Assembly: GCA_951406725.2 (NCBI GenBank)
Contig: OX597817.1
Location: 27,280,001 to 27,344,000, forward strand
DNA length: 64,000 nucleotides
Direction: 5' to 3'
From: Octopus vulgaris
Lineage: Eukaryota
A program made the translations under genes and the position numbers. The first letter of the stretch is position 1. The number at the start of each line of letters is the position of its first letter. A model generated the notes under the pieces. The model had not been told where the DNA came from, made no database searches, and worked only from the letters and a program-made list of their open reading frames with translations. Below, piece after piece: positions 1 to 12,700 of this stretch.

Positions 1-225
1 CTTTACTACCCACAAGGGGCTACACAAAGAGGGGACAAACAAAGACAGACAAATGGATTAAGTCGATTATATCGACCACAGTGCGTAACTGCTACTTAAT
101 TTATCGACCCCGAAAGGATGAAAGGCAAAGTCGACCTCGGCGGAATTTGAACTCAGAACGTAACGGCAGACGAAATACGGCTACGCATTTCGCCCGGCGT
201 GCTACCGATTCTGCCAGCTCGCCGC
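1..225 (-). mobile_element. SINE family A copy (cut by window edge)
   Basis: Reverse complement of the GGCGGCGAGCTGGCAGAA...GAGTTCAAATTCC (B-box-like)...GTCGACTTTGCCTTTCATCC repeat that recurs more than 10 times in the window. Confidence 0.9.
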
Positions 226-930
226 TTTGTTATGATGTTGATGGGCAGCTGGTGAGTGCGCAACCTACGTTGATATCTGCGGTAATTTCCCTCAACAGAA
301 CTTTCCTTTGGAATGGACCGGTGTGCACCAACTGTATGTTAAGTCCCTCCCTGAAGATCGCGTGTTGAATAGCTACAGCTGCTCTGCCGTTGAAGTAAGG
401 CAGTTTAAGGAAGCACTTTTCTGACTTGGTGTTATGGGCTTTATTGTGTTTCGTTTTGCTCTGATATAGTCGTTGGATCGAAAATGAAAAGATCCTAGTC
501 GTTTAGCTGCAGATGATGGATAGCCGTTGTGTGCTAAGTTCCCGAGGAACCGCATGGAGTTGGTAGCTTTGTCCGTTGCTTCGCTACATCTGTCTCTTAT
601 ACGTGTGATTTCATTCTGCATATACGCGGCTTTGGCTCTGGTGGGCAGGGCTGATTCGTAACGGTCGCTTTTCTATAAAAAAATTTGTGTTGACGTAATA
701 CTCCACTGTGATCTTGATTTGGAAATCTAGCAGAGAGAAGCGATTCTGGACTCGTCCGGGTGTTCGATTTCGAATTTGATATGGTTGTCGACGTTGCTGA
801 AGTACTGATGTATGGCGGTCGCCTCTTCCTAGAAGGGTGTCGTCGACGAATCTTGAGAAGACGTATGAGTATCAGGTGTTAAGCGGCATGCATTCAAGTT
901 GATCCATGTAAGAGACAGCCAACAGTTTTA
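226..930 (-). mobile_element. Decayed Penelope-like retroelement, reverse transcriptase fragment
   Basis: Minus-strand translation across frameshifts gives LLAVSYMDQLE, SRFVDDTL (YVDD-like), FSNVDNHIKFEIEHP, LLDFQI, FYRK, AHNGYP, LPYFNG, in the order expected for Penelope-type RT and its linker. Confidence 0.8.
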
Positions 931-931
931 G

Positions 932-1856
932 TGTCTATTAACCTATAACGAAGCTGGTTAATGAGGATAATGTTGGAATGAGATATATACAACTTGAGAT
1001 TGAAACTGAACTGGTAAGCGATGTTTTATTCTCCGTTATAAAATACAATGATTGCCATACATGAACTGACATAACATAACAGGTTATTACAAAGATGTGT
1101 GAGAGAACTTCGTGGTTAGGCTGGATTGTTAATGTTATAAACATGGATGGAAGCACTCCGTCGGTTACGACGACGAGGGTTCCGGTTGATCCGAATCAAC
1201 GGAACAGCCTGCTCGTGAAATTAACGTGTAAGTGGCTGAGCACTCCGCAGACACGTGTACCCTTAACGTAGTTCTCGGGGATATTCAGCGTGACACAGAG
1301 ATTGACAAGGCCGGCCCTTTGAAATACAGGTACAACAGAAACAGGAAGTAAGAGTGAGAGAAAGTTGTGGTGAAAGAGTACAGCAGGGATCACCACCATC
1401 CCCTGCCGGAGCCTCGTTGAGCTTTAGGTGTTTTCGCTCAATAAACACTCACAACGCCCGGTCTGGGAATCGAAACCGCGATCCTATGACCGCGAGTCCG
1501 CTGCCCTAACCACTAGTTGACATACTGTTGGTGGTGTGTAGAAACAGCCGTTGGTCATGTGATGTTCATACAGAAATGATGCAGACAAGCGTCTGGTGGA
1601 GAAGTAAACGGAGAGTGGCTGGTGTCAGATACACCGTTGCTGGAGACGAGTTATGCGTGGTCAGTGGCGAGTACCAAAGCCATAGAACAGTCGAAAACTG
1701 CCGTATTTATAGGGAATAATGGGCTCCCAGAAGCTGGTGATTAATTTCCCGCGTAAGGAAAAATAAACTGTTGCGCCAATACGATTGAACAGCTGAAAGC
1801 CGACCATTACAAACAACAGATTCGTTTTATCACGATGTTATGTGACCGCTGGAACA
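932..1856 (-). mobile_element. Possible solo LTR interrupted by a SINE C copy
   Basis: Minus strand begins TGT and ends ACA, with CTATAAATA (~1704-1712) upstream of AATAAA (~1026-1031); no TSD found. Confidence 0.3.
1143..1514 (-). mobile_element. SINE family C copy (slightly 5'-truncated)
   Basis: Near-identical reverse complement of 4003-4390 and 6996-7381. Confidence 0.9.
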
Positions 1857-3189
1857 AAAAGGCCTTGGGGAGCCGATATTGGGGGTATTTAAGCCTAGAT
1901 GAGTCAAAATGAAAACATCTCACTCAATGACAGTGTAAATCACTACTGCTGCAAGCCTTTGGTTTACATGCAGCTATCTGTGAATATTGTATACAACTGT
2001 GCTTGTGGCTGCATTTTATACTGAAAAACATCCAAATCATTGCCAATCATTTCAAAGTTTTGAAACTGTTGATATAGCAAAATGCTACCAAGATTTATGT
2101 GGTGGATCGAATCCACTTCATGTCTGCAAGATCCACTACATTTATATCTGGTACAAGTAAAGGATATGATACTTTTAAATCGTCACTGCTGTTTGGCTAA
2201 CAATATACGCATCAACAAATGGGCATGAGTCTTAAAACTAGCTGATAAAGAACTGCTTTTATGCACGCATGGCCGTTGTGTATATATATTCTTAAGACTG
2301 TGTTAGAATAAAATAAGCACATTGGTTCTAATGAACTTTATTAAACTTCGTTTATAAAAGTCACATCGTGGTTTGAGGTGTCCACGAATTTATTGATTAC
2401 AGTCTATAGTGAAACGACTGTCTTATGTAATGCTAGCCTATTTCTGTTTATGAATCTCCAGCACCACCTAGATGAGACATGGCATATTTAGTAATATTAT
2501 ATTTACATCTATCCATGAACACGTGTGAAGTATTTGTTCTAACAGTCATGTACGAGACAAATATTCTGTTTGAGCGTAATTCACATAGCCAAGCATATAA
2601 AACTTTATGTAATTTCTCATATGGGAAGACAATATATCGCTTAGCACGTTTGTCTGTGGCTTTTCTTGACTGTTTGTTTATGTTTCCGCCAGTCTGTCAC
2701 TAATCTTTCGAACACACAAAACTCTAAGAACTACAATTTCCATGCTGTTTAACATATTCACAAACACGCAACTTACAACCGACCTTGTAACAATGACAAT
2801 CTGCTTTTAATGCTCACTGTTTAGTTTTTATTAAATTTTCTGTCAGAAAAGGAAATAAAATTTAGAATATTTCTTCCAACAAATATGTGTATATACAGGC
2901 AACGAGTTTAAACATATACGGAAGATATCTCTTACCTACCATATTTGTTTTTGTAGTAGAACTGAGTGCAACATACGCAGTCATCAACATTTCTTTGTTT
3001 CCAGCGCTAACATTGATGAAGATTGTGTTGACCTGGTCAACCCATTCTACGTATTCAATCAATTATAGATATGTGTGTTTGTCCATGGCTGTTTGTGTGT
3101 GACAGTGTGCGTACACTTGCTTTATAAGTCACAGACATTAGCATTGTTCTTTAAGTGGCATAGACATTAACACAGTTACGGACACAGAG

Positions 3190-3421
3190 GGCGGCGAGCT
3201 GGCAGAAACGTTAGCACGCCGTGCGAAATGCTAAGCAGTATTTCGTCTATCGTTATATTCTGAGTTCAAATTCCGCCGAGGTCGACTTTGCCTTTCATCC
3301 TTTCGGGGGTCGATAAATTAAGTACCAGTCACGCACTGGGGTCGATGTAATCGACTTAATCCCTTTGTCTGTCCTTGTTTGTTCCCTCTACGTTTAGCCC
3401 CTTGTGAACAATAAAGAAATA
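3190..3421 (+). mobile_element. SINE family A, full length
   Basis: A/B-box-like head; 16-bp TSD ACAGTTACGGACACAG at 3172-3187 and 3422-3437. Confidence 0.92.
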
Positions 3422-3767
3422 ACAGTTACGGACACAGTACACACTTGCAAGCGTACACACACACACACACATACAGTACACCTACCCAATTTTTGACTGC
3501 TAAATTTCGCTCACAAAGCATTCGTCATTTCGAGTTTACAGTAGACCTACTTGCCTCAAAAATCTTCCTTAGACGAAATAGCATACATACTCGTACATAC
3601 TACATTTAATATGTGATATTGATAATGTCTGCACTATTGTATTGCTTCGAACAGAATGCGAATTTTCTTTTATACTTGTGCAACATTTTTGCACGTCAGC
3701 AAATAGATTTTACGCTGTTTGTATACATATTTCTTGCTTGCTGCTATTTGCTTCGAAAGTGAAGGAA

Positions 3768-3905
3768 TACGATGGGTTTGGGTAAAATAAAATAGAGGAG
3801 GATTACTTAATTATGATTTTATTCAACATATTCTCCTCTCAGATTCACACACTTATTGCACCGGTCCTTTAGTTTTTCTAAGCCCCGTAAAAGGACTCGA
3901 AAGTT
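3768..3905 (-). mobile_element. mariner transposon 3' remnant
   Basis: Minus strand encodes GLEKLKDRCNKCVNLRGEYVE*, a typical mariner transposase C-terminus; TA-CGATGG TIR-like end at 3768. Confidence 0.7.
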
Positions 3906-4002
3906 TCAGATGCTAAATTGTAAGGTTGCAGTTCTGAAGTAAAGGAGATTGTAATTGTTTGATGTTTGAATTTTGATTCAATCAGCCAGTTTATATCTCA
4001 TG

Positions 4003-4390
4003 GGGAGGCGCAATGGCCCAGTGGTTAGGGCAGCGGACTCGCGGTCATGGGATCGCAGTTTCGATTCCCAGACCGGGCATTATGAGTGTTTATTGAGCGA
4101 AAACACCTAAAGCTCCACGAGGCTCCGGCAGGGGATGGTGGTGATCCCTGCTGTACTCTTTCACCACAATTTTCTCCCATTCTTACTTCCTGTTTCTGTT
4201 GCACCTGTATTTCAAAGGGCCGGCCTTGTCACTCTCTGTGTCACGCTGAATATCCCCGAGAACTACGTTAAGGGTACACGTGTCTGTGGAGTGCTCAGCC
4301 ACTTACACGTTAATTTCACAAGCAGGCTGTTCCGTTGATTCGGATCAACCGGAACCCTCGTCGTCGTAACCGACGGAGTGCTTCCATCCA
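4003..4390 (+). mobile_element. SINE family C, full length (tRNA-Arg-like head)
   Basis: TGGCCCAGTGG A box, GACTCGCGGTC anticodon-like arm (TCG), GTTTCGATTCC B box; 12-bp TSD TTATATCTCATG at 3991-4002 and 4391-4402. Confidence 0.92.
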
Positions 4391-5438
4391 TTATATCTCA
4401 TGATTGATCTAATAGTTGAATGAACTGTAGTTGCTCTGCGACTAGTACACAGCTGCAACATGTGGTTTCAACCCTAGCATAAATGACAAGAATATGCTCC
4501 ATGGCTTTTTTTAGAATTTAAAATTAAAATTTCCGTGAAATCAAAAGATGGTATTAATACCTACTAGTTTAATATTGAAAGAAAAAACTGTCCTATTGAC
4601 GACAACGCCCTGAAATTTAAGTCTTCTTGTTATGAGATATACTGGGATGAGCGGTATGCGCAGCTTCATTTGGAAAGAATGAATGTAGTTACACGTCCAG
4701 AGCGAATAAGAACTACTGACGAGATTGCTCTGGGTTTTAATCTTTCTTGTCCCAATGTTTCTGCATAAATACGAGACAAGCGAGCAAATGTGAAGAACTT
4801 AATGGAGTAGTTATGTTGAGTAAAAGATATCGTTAAGTTCCTTGCAGCGTGTATTGTGTAGTTGCGTTGAATACTATTAAGCATAGTGCAATCATTGGTT
4901 GCATGCAAAATGTTAACAAGAGAGTCTTAATCGACAGGTTTATTTTTCAAATATTGGTGGAAACTTAGTGTAAAGGTAAATGTAGTGTATGCATAGTGTT
5001 TCTTTTTCTGTATGTTTCCGCTGTTGTTGTAGTATGCGATGTTGGAAGATATTTGATCTAAAGAGTAGATTACTTCAGAGTAATGCCTATTAGATTATTG
5101 TATTTATGTGCAGTTAGAAAGTTTTGATTATTATATGTTCTCTAATGTTCATGATTATGTTAGTAGAGACAGCCAGGACAAATGCTTGTGCCCGGGAAGA
5201 AGTTTGTTTGAAAAGAAGCTTGTATCACGTTTTCGCAGTTGTTTTAGATGCATTAGTTGTTGCTAGCAAACAAAATATATCGTAGGCGCCCCCATGTTTA
5301 ACCTACCAAAATATCAAGGATGGGATAGCTGGAGGCTACACCAGCAGCTGGCTGAGTAGAATGAAGGTATATGGAAAGATGCCTTGCTCAGGGACAAAAA
5401 GTGTCATTCAGTCCAGCAATCAAACGCATAACATAATG

Positions 5439-5670
5439 TATTTCTTTACTACCCACAAGGGGCTAAACACAGAGGGGACAAACAAGGACAGACAAACGGA
5501 TTAAGTCGATTACATCGACCCCAGTGCGTTTCTGGTACTTAATTTATCGACCCCGAAAGGATGAAAGGCAAAGTCGACCTCGGCGGAATTTGAACCCTGA
5601 ACGTAGCGGCAGACGAAATACGGCTACGCATTTCGCCCGGCGTGCTAACGTGTCTGCCAGCTCGCCGCCT
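5439..5670 (-). mobile_element. SINE family A, full length
   Basis: Family match; TSD TCAAACGCATAAC(A/C)TAATG on both sides. Confidence 0.92.
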
Positions 5671-6261
5671 TCAAACGCATAACCTAATGATCATGAGCAG
5701 AATACCGGGATTAATATTACTGTAATATACATAGATATACGGAAGATGTTTAACAGACTGAGGATAAAAGCTGTAAAACTGAAGCAATTGTATTTACTCT
5801 ACAAGGCGAAGAAGTAAATCACCTTAATTGAAGTTAAACTGGATAATGTCTTCCTAAATATTCATGTGGATAATACTAGCGGAACATACGATCATTCTCA
5901 GAAACGTTGAGATATTCAAAGGTTAACTTAGACATCGCAAGATACATGTGCAATTATCCAGTTTGATGGATGAAACTTTTTTTTAAAGCGCTCTAGAAAT
6001 GAGAATCCGGTATGAAAGTTTACAAGTAGCAGAAGAGGACAGTGAGGAAAGTCATGGCTTTGATCAAACTAATGTATCAAATGTTGACGGTACAAAATTA
6101 ACTAACGGTATTGTCTGACGCTGAAGATATATGAGTGCTAAAAGGTTTTATTATAAGGTAGCACAGCTGAAATAAGAAGACTGAATGAAAATGTACATCT
6201 TGAATATTGGAAACAGAAATCAATAATTTTCTACTAGAATTCACTGTAATTCACGTAAAAT

Positions 6262-6312
6262 AAAGCCTTGTGGGTGGATTTGGTAGACGGAAACTGAAAG
6301 AAGCCCGTCGTA

Positions 6313-6346
<34 letters not shown>

Positions 6347-6570
6347 CGTGAATGTTTGTGTGTCTGTGTTTGGCCCCCTAGCATTGCTTGACAACCGATG
6401 CTGCTGTGTTTATGTCCCCGTCACTTAGCGGTTCGGCAAAAGAGACCGATAGAATAAGTACTGGGCTTACAAAGAATAAGTCCCGGGGTCGAGTTGCTCG
6501 ATTAAAGGCGGTGCTCCAGCATGGCCGCAGTCAAATGACTGAAACAAGTAAAAGAGAGCAAAAGAGAGAG
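6262..6570 (+). mobile_element. SINE family B, 5'-truncated
   Basis: Matches the body and tail (..CAGCATGGCCGCAGTCAAATGACTGAAACAAGTAAAAG) of full-length B copies. Confidence 0.88.
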
Positions 6571-6995
6571 AATATTTATCCTATATAGGAGATAATTTTA
6601 CGCTTATGAATATTAGTTAGGCTCTGCCGGTGATGTATTCTATCCTATGTCGTGTCAATCAGACTTTATAAAATATTCCTGTGTTCACATCTGAGCGTTT
6701 ATACTAAGAGAGCAAATTCAATAATGGAGGATAGTCAAGTGTCTGAAAAAGTTTGATTAACGTGGTTTCTGTAACCACAATTGCCACGCAAGTTCCCGTC
6801 TGGTTTTCTTACAACTACAAAAGAGTACAGCAACTCGCAAACACCAAGTGGAATATGTGGTCATATGCCGTACCTTAACAATCAGTTTTCATTTTTTATA
6901 ACTACTTTTGAGAAAATATAAACTGATATTTTTCGCAACCTAAAATCTGGTGCGTGTATATTTTCTTTTAATCGCTCTTATAGATATCGTTCAGT

Positions 6996-7381
6996 GGAGG
7001 CGCAATGGCCCAGTGGTTAGGGCAGCGGACTCGCGGTCATAGGATCGCGGTTTCGATTCCCAGACCGGGCGTTGTGAGTGTTTATTGAGCGAAAACATGT
7101 AAAGCTCCACGAGGCTCCGGCAGGGGATGATGGTGATCCCTGCTGTACTCTTTCACCACAACTTTCTCTCACTCTTACTTCCTGTTTCTGTTGTACCTGT
7201 ATTTCAAAGGGCCGGCCTTGTCACTCTCTGTGTCACGCTGAATATCCCCGAGAACTACGTTAAGGGTACACGTGTCTGTGGAGTGCTCAGCCACTTACAC
7301 GTTAATTTCACGAGCAGGCTGTTCCGTTGATTCGGATCAACCGGAACCCTCATCGTCGTAACCGACGGAGTGCTTCCATCC
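6996..7381 (+). mobile_element. SINE family C, full length
   Basis: Family match; AGATATCGT duplicated on both sides. Confidence 0.92.
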
Positions 7382-8395
7382 CCAGATATCGTACGATCTT
7401 CTAACACTCCGATATCTTCGACATCACACACATAATACAGTTGATTAATCGTAAATATATCAGCTTTGACAAAATCTTGGTTTCCATCAAGGTTCCCATT
7501 CCACTACTTGTATAGTTTCATATCGGGTCCATATTTCTAGAAGGCTTTTAAAAATCTGATCCATCAAAATGGAGAAGTTGCAGATGGATTTCGTGATGTT
7601 TAATTTGACCAATGAATATCCAGAAGTTGCTGAGAATTAATGTGATCACACTACTGGTATCCACTAACATATCTAAACTGATAATATACAATAAGGTGTG
7701 TTTTTTTTTTGCATTGTAACAGAAAAATATTTGTTTCTGTCAGAGCTTTTGTGCTCAATTTGTTCAACACGTTCGATATAGTTTTAAAAGTTACAAAACG
7801 ATAAAGATGGATTTTTTTTTGCACAATTATCATTCTTTTTTTACAAGTGCAGCGCATTATCCATTCAACTAATTCATGTAATCACATATTTTGCATTAAA
7901 AAAAAAAACTTCTTTGTTTTGGTAAGGTGATAAGCATTGGCAACTCTTGGTTTTATTTCGTGAAAAATATCGACTCTTAATTCGATATCATCTCTTGGTG
8001 TAGGAAGTTCACAGAAACTTCGATAGATATATTCCCAAACTGTAGCTGTTCCAGCATTCTTGATCTATGAATAATGATTGCTTTCAGTGACTTTTACTCG
8101 TGTAAATTCTTCTTCAGTTCTTTCTCAGAAAATAGCACCTTTACGAAAATGAGACAAAAATTATTTAGAGGCTTGCTGATGCAGAGGCATAAATCTAGTT
8201 CTTTCTGCAGTGATCAACTTTGTTGTAGTTCCTACATTATATTATCATCTCCTCTGTATCCCCGAAACGTATGTCCATCTGCTGTGTCAAATTAATCCTT
8301 AGAAACAATTCAGAATATCCTCGATTCCGGCTCTTGATGAAAATATATTTGTCTCCTTCGGGCTTTCACGTTCCTGCTTATAATAATAATGATTA

Positions 8396-8788
8396 CTAGT
8401 AGTATCGACCGGCGTTGCTCGGGTTTGTTTCGACCCTTTAGAATTGGAATTTTTCAAAAGTTAAAAATTTGCATTATGTAGCTTGTTATTCTCTTTAAGT
8501 GAACCTTTTTCTGGTTAAAATACACCGAAAAATAACGACACAGCAGTCAAAAAATAGTAAAAAAATAGGGATTTTCATAGAAAAAAACACCTTTTTGATG
8601 TAAATAATTTTTGGTGTTAACATGGTCCGATTTGAATTTTTTTCTTCTGCGGAAAGGAGAGCAAGTATACTTCTATCATACTCTTAATTTTGGTCAACTT
8701 GTGCTGTAGGGTCTCAGAGGAGATAGTGTTAGTTGAAAGCTACCAAACCTGCCATACACAGACAACTTCAGCTTTATATATATATAGA
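8396..8788 (-). mobile_element. Non-autonomous Helitron (subfamily 1)
   Basis: Minus strand: A|TC 5' end, subterminal CCCGAGCAACGCCGG hairpin, CTAG|T 3' end, no TSD; related to 46799-47191. Confidence 0.88.
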
Positions 8789-9341
8789 TTATTACTTTTA
8801 TATAGAGAGAGGTGGTTACTAAATATCTTATCTATCTTTCGACAAGGTTCGGATTAGTCATCAAAATCTCGGATCTCAACAGCGATTCCATTGCCGTGCC
8901 ATGTGATACGGAATTTATCCAAAGGTTATAATGTTCGAATGTGATCCTGTAACTGACAGGTTATACTTCATTCACATGGAACTAATAGCCACTTTAAATT
9001 TACATAATCACGTGAAAAGAAAGCATACAGCGATGTTAACGTATCGTTGAGATATTCACAATAAACAGTATTCAAATTTATAATATTCATAGTAACGGTT
9101 TCTTTACCTCGTTATAACACTAATATCATCTCAGAAGCCAGTGTCTTTTACGGCGTTAATGGATTTTCCAAAATCTTATAAATAATCATTCCCGTAGACC
9201 AAAGATATCATGATATCTACTTCAATCGTTTGAATATTATGCAAGTAACGTATCAAGAAGTTTCAGCTTCGAGTAAAATATAAAAATTCTATGCGTTCAG
9301 AACTTTTCTATTCGTTTCTAAATACAAGGTTTCCCCTAATC

Positions 9342-9850
9342 CACACACACACACACACACACATATACACGCACAGGCAAGCGCGCCCGCACACACTCAC
9401 ACGCGCGCACACATAAACGCATACGCACAAATATACAAATACACATACACACGCAAACACGTACAAAAACAGAAAAACACATGAACACATATCGATATAT
9501 TTTAGACTTATTGAAAACACGACCGTATTCTAGCTTTATCGTTTTTCTCAAGTTTTTCTCATTTTTTCTATGAATTTCTTGCATGCGAAAATATGAAGAA
9601 AATTATAAAATTGATAAAAAAATTCTACAAACTCATGTTTTCTCTAAGAAGCGCTATTCTTCATTTATAAAGCCAACGAATCAATAGCACAAATACATAC
9701 AATGATATAAATATATGCATACACATATGTATGTGTATATATTTATATATACATTCACACATACATACATCCTGCATGCATATATAGGTATATATAACTA
9801 TCTATCTATCTATCTTTTTCTCTCTCTCTATGTATGTATATATATATATA

Positions 9851-9888
<38 letters not shown>

Positions 9889-9976
9889 CATACATATGTA
9901 TACATATTTGCATATTTATATACATACATGATACATGCACGGACGCATACACACACACACACACATGCACACATAC
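9342..9976. repeat. Compound (CA)n/(TA)n/(TATC)n microsatellite tracts
   Basis: Directly visible simple repeats. Confidence 0.85.
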
Positions 9977-10583
9977 AGTAGTGTAGTAATACCATAAAAA
10001 CTGACGGCAAATACAAATATGTTTATCTTACTTAAATGGAATGAAAAAGACAATAAAATGAATTTTAAATATAGAAAACCATGTTTATAATAAAATATAT
10101 TTACACGTCTTATACAATTTGCATTCAACAATCGAGAACAGAAACGAAAATGCATGTTTAAAAAGTTGGTTCAAGTGAAATATCTCGCGATGTTGTTAAC
10201 AGCCCTGCAAATTGATTCTTCAGGAATGACTGTTTAATATCTATTCAATGCCAATTCATCCATAGCGGGTTTAACTTTATTTCTAGTTCAAATTTTTTAA
10301 TGTTTAAGCTTCATTCATTCTTCGGTGCGTTTTTACTGATTTGATCTTTCTTGAGCGAAGTAGAGTAAATGTGTATATTCATTCTTCCTTTTGGTTCTAA
10401 TTGTTTTTCAGATAAGTCTATTTACCTACGACTTTGCAGTTCCGTAGCTTATTGCCTTTTTCTTTGAAGTGGAATCGACGAATGGAGGCATAAGGAATAA
10501 AAAATGTATAAAATATAATGTAAATAACCAAAGTAGTTAACCCCGTTGAAACTGGAGTTGTTTACTTTTATATACCTCTTTGT

Positions 10584-10784
10584 CAGTGCTTTTCAAACTT
10601 TTTGCTGGAGCGGAACCCCAAGGAAACATTCCACTGGCTCGAGGAACCCCTGTGCAATAATTTAATAGTCTTATGCACACATATCTGCACAGGAGAATTA
10701 AAAATTACTGCCGATTTTAGCAGTTTTGTAACTTCTTGCGGAACCCCTGGACTGTACTGGCGGAAACTTGGTTGAAAACCACTG
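10584..10784. mobile_element. hAT-type MITE
   Basis: TIRs CAGTGCTTTTCAA / TTGAAAACCACTG; 8-bp TSD CTCTTTGT / CTCTATGT (7/8). Confidence 0.85.
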
Positions 10785-11430
10785 CTCTATGTAAAAGGAA
10801 ATATATAAATATACAACGTCATAATTGGCACATAAGCATAATCCACCCGCCTCTGTTATTGATGCTCTATGCAAAGTAATCTTTGCTGGCGACTGTTATT
10901 CTGCTATATTTCTACTCCCTAATATAAGACGAAGAACACTCATTCGCAATGAACTATATAAAATTGAATACCAACCATATTTAAAACAGAATCGAGATCC
11001 TGGTGCGGTGTAAAGAAGCACATCTCAATTTCGACGACTTTACGAAATATATAAATATTTGTAAGAGATTTTTGATAGTAACATCAAAGTTTTAGCTTAG
11101 CTACTTACGTTAAACTGTAAAAGATTGAGTTTTCCAAGCATTATGTATGCATATTTTGATTCATCATGTGGCTTGAGCAGTGTGGTTGAAATAATAGCTG
11201 TCTTATAATGGCGTCTTTTTGCAGCATAAAAAAACATAATTTTACAGATAAAATAATTGGATGACCACAAATAAAGAGTTTATGCAAAAGAGACAGTAGA
11301 ACACAGAGGAAAACTAGAATAAGAATCATGAAGGGACGGTGAGCGCCCATAGAATGGTGGAGTTAGTAAAAAAGACATTGTCCTAACTGAAAGGGTTTCA
11401 TTAACCTTGTTGAGTCGAGTAGGTGATATC

Positions 11431-11837
11431 TCTTTACTCTTTTACTTGTTTCAGTCATTTGACTGCGGCCATGCTGGAGCACCGCCTTTAGTCGAGCAAA
11501 TCGACCCCGGGACTTATTCTTTGTAAGCCCAGTACTTATTCTATCGGTCTCTTTTGCCGAACCGCTAAGTGACGGGGACGTAAACACACCAGCATCGGTT
11601 GTCAAGCAATGCTAGGGGGACAAACACAGACACACAAACATATACACACACACTTATATATATATACATATATACGACAGGCTTCTTTCAGTTTCCGTCT
11701 ACCAAATCCACTCACAAGGCATTGATTGGTCCGGGGCTATAGCAGAAGACACTTGCCCAAGATGCTACGCAGTGGGACTGAACCCGGAACCATGTGGTTG
11801 GATAGCAAGCTACTTACCTCACAGCCACTCCAGCGTC
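11431..11837 (-). mobile_element. SINE family B, full length
   Basis: tRNA-like head (GTGGCTGTG-GGT..GGTTCAGTCCC), CORE-like CTTGGGCAAGTG, internal (TA)n(TG)n, GTAAAAGA tail. Confidence 0.9.
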
Positions 11838-12145
11838 ACTGTGCACAAAGTGGGAAAATTTAGTGCGAGAAATTAGCAATTGGCTTTGTATTATTGTTAC
11901 GGATCATTGAAGTATGTAAGATCACGTGAAAGAGATTAGATTTGTATGGAATAAAAAGTCAAAGACAGGTCAAGTTCAGTGGTTTGCTTCGAAAAATTAC
12001 GACGAAGCACAACTTCAATAGAGCAAAAGGTTTATTTTTAAATGTCGACTCTGAACAAGAATATATGAAGAGAGGAATAGCAGGTGGAGTTGCTGTCAAG
12101 GATTATACGTAGAGACATACATACATACATACATACATACATAAA

Positions 12146-12179
<34 letters not shown>

Positions 12180-12249
12180 CATACATATGTTTTGTATGTA
12201 TGTATGCGCACATATACATACATATATGCATAGACATATTTATGTGTAT

Positions 12250-12454
12250 GTGTTGAATCGCTAGCTTCTGCACGCATTTTTTTTCTCTCCTTGTTTCTCT
12301 CTGTGTTTCTTTTCTGTGTATCTTTCTGTTGAAGAGCGTAGGCTCGAAACGTAAAAGACTTGTTTTATTTATATTCCTGAGCGCCATACTAATACAATTG
12401 TTTGTTTGTACTCCACCTGCTTTCGTCTTTTGTTTATTTTCATAAAGCTTCCCG

Positions 12455-12457
<3 letters not shown>
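12250..12457 (+). mobile_element. Short Penelope-type terminal fragment within microsatellite, with hammerhead-like motif at 12321-12358
   Basis: Flanked by (TACA)n and (TA)n; TCTTT-CTGTTGA-A-GAGC-GTAG-GCTC-GAAA-CG-TA-AAAGA. Confidence 0.55.
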
Positions 12458-12519
<62 letters not shown>

Positions 12520-12700
12520 TATATTACCAAACTTTTCAACTGCCTGTATTTATCGCGATTGGCGCCTGATGAACGTACGCATGTACGGGAAACTATTAGT
12601 AGCACGATAATTACATGTAGTGGAAACGTTTAGTGATATTGAACTCTCATTGGATGGAGTACTCTTCGTACAGACTTTTATGCAGTTATCTTCTTATATA

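Noticed and set aside
81-368. ORFs of the RPRKDERQSRPRRN type and SINE B ORFs throughout the window
   Set aside because: Translations of SINE A/B sequence
4003-4078. tRNA-Arg-like sequence
   Set aside because: It is the SINE head, continuous with the SINE body and enclosed by a TSD; not a tRNA gene
4086-4338. Repeated ORFs MFIERKH.. and MVVIPAV.. (also at 1196-1448 and 7078-7330)
   Set aside because: They lie wholly within SINE C copies; the recurrence reflects the repeat, not a gene family
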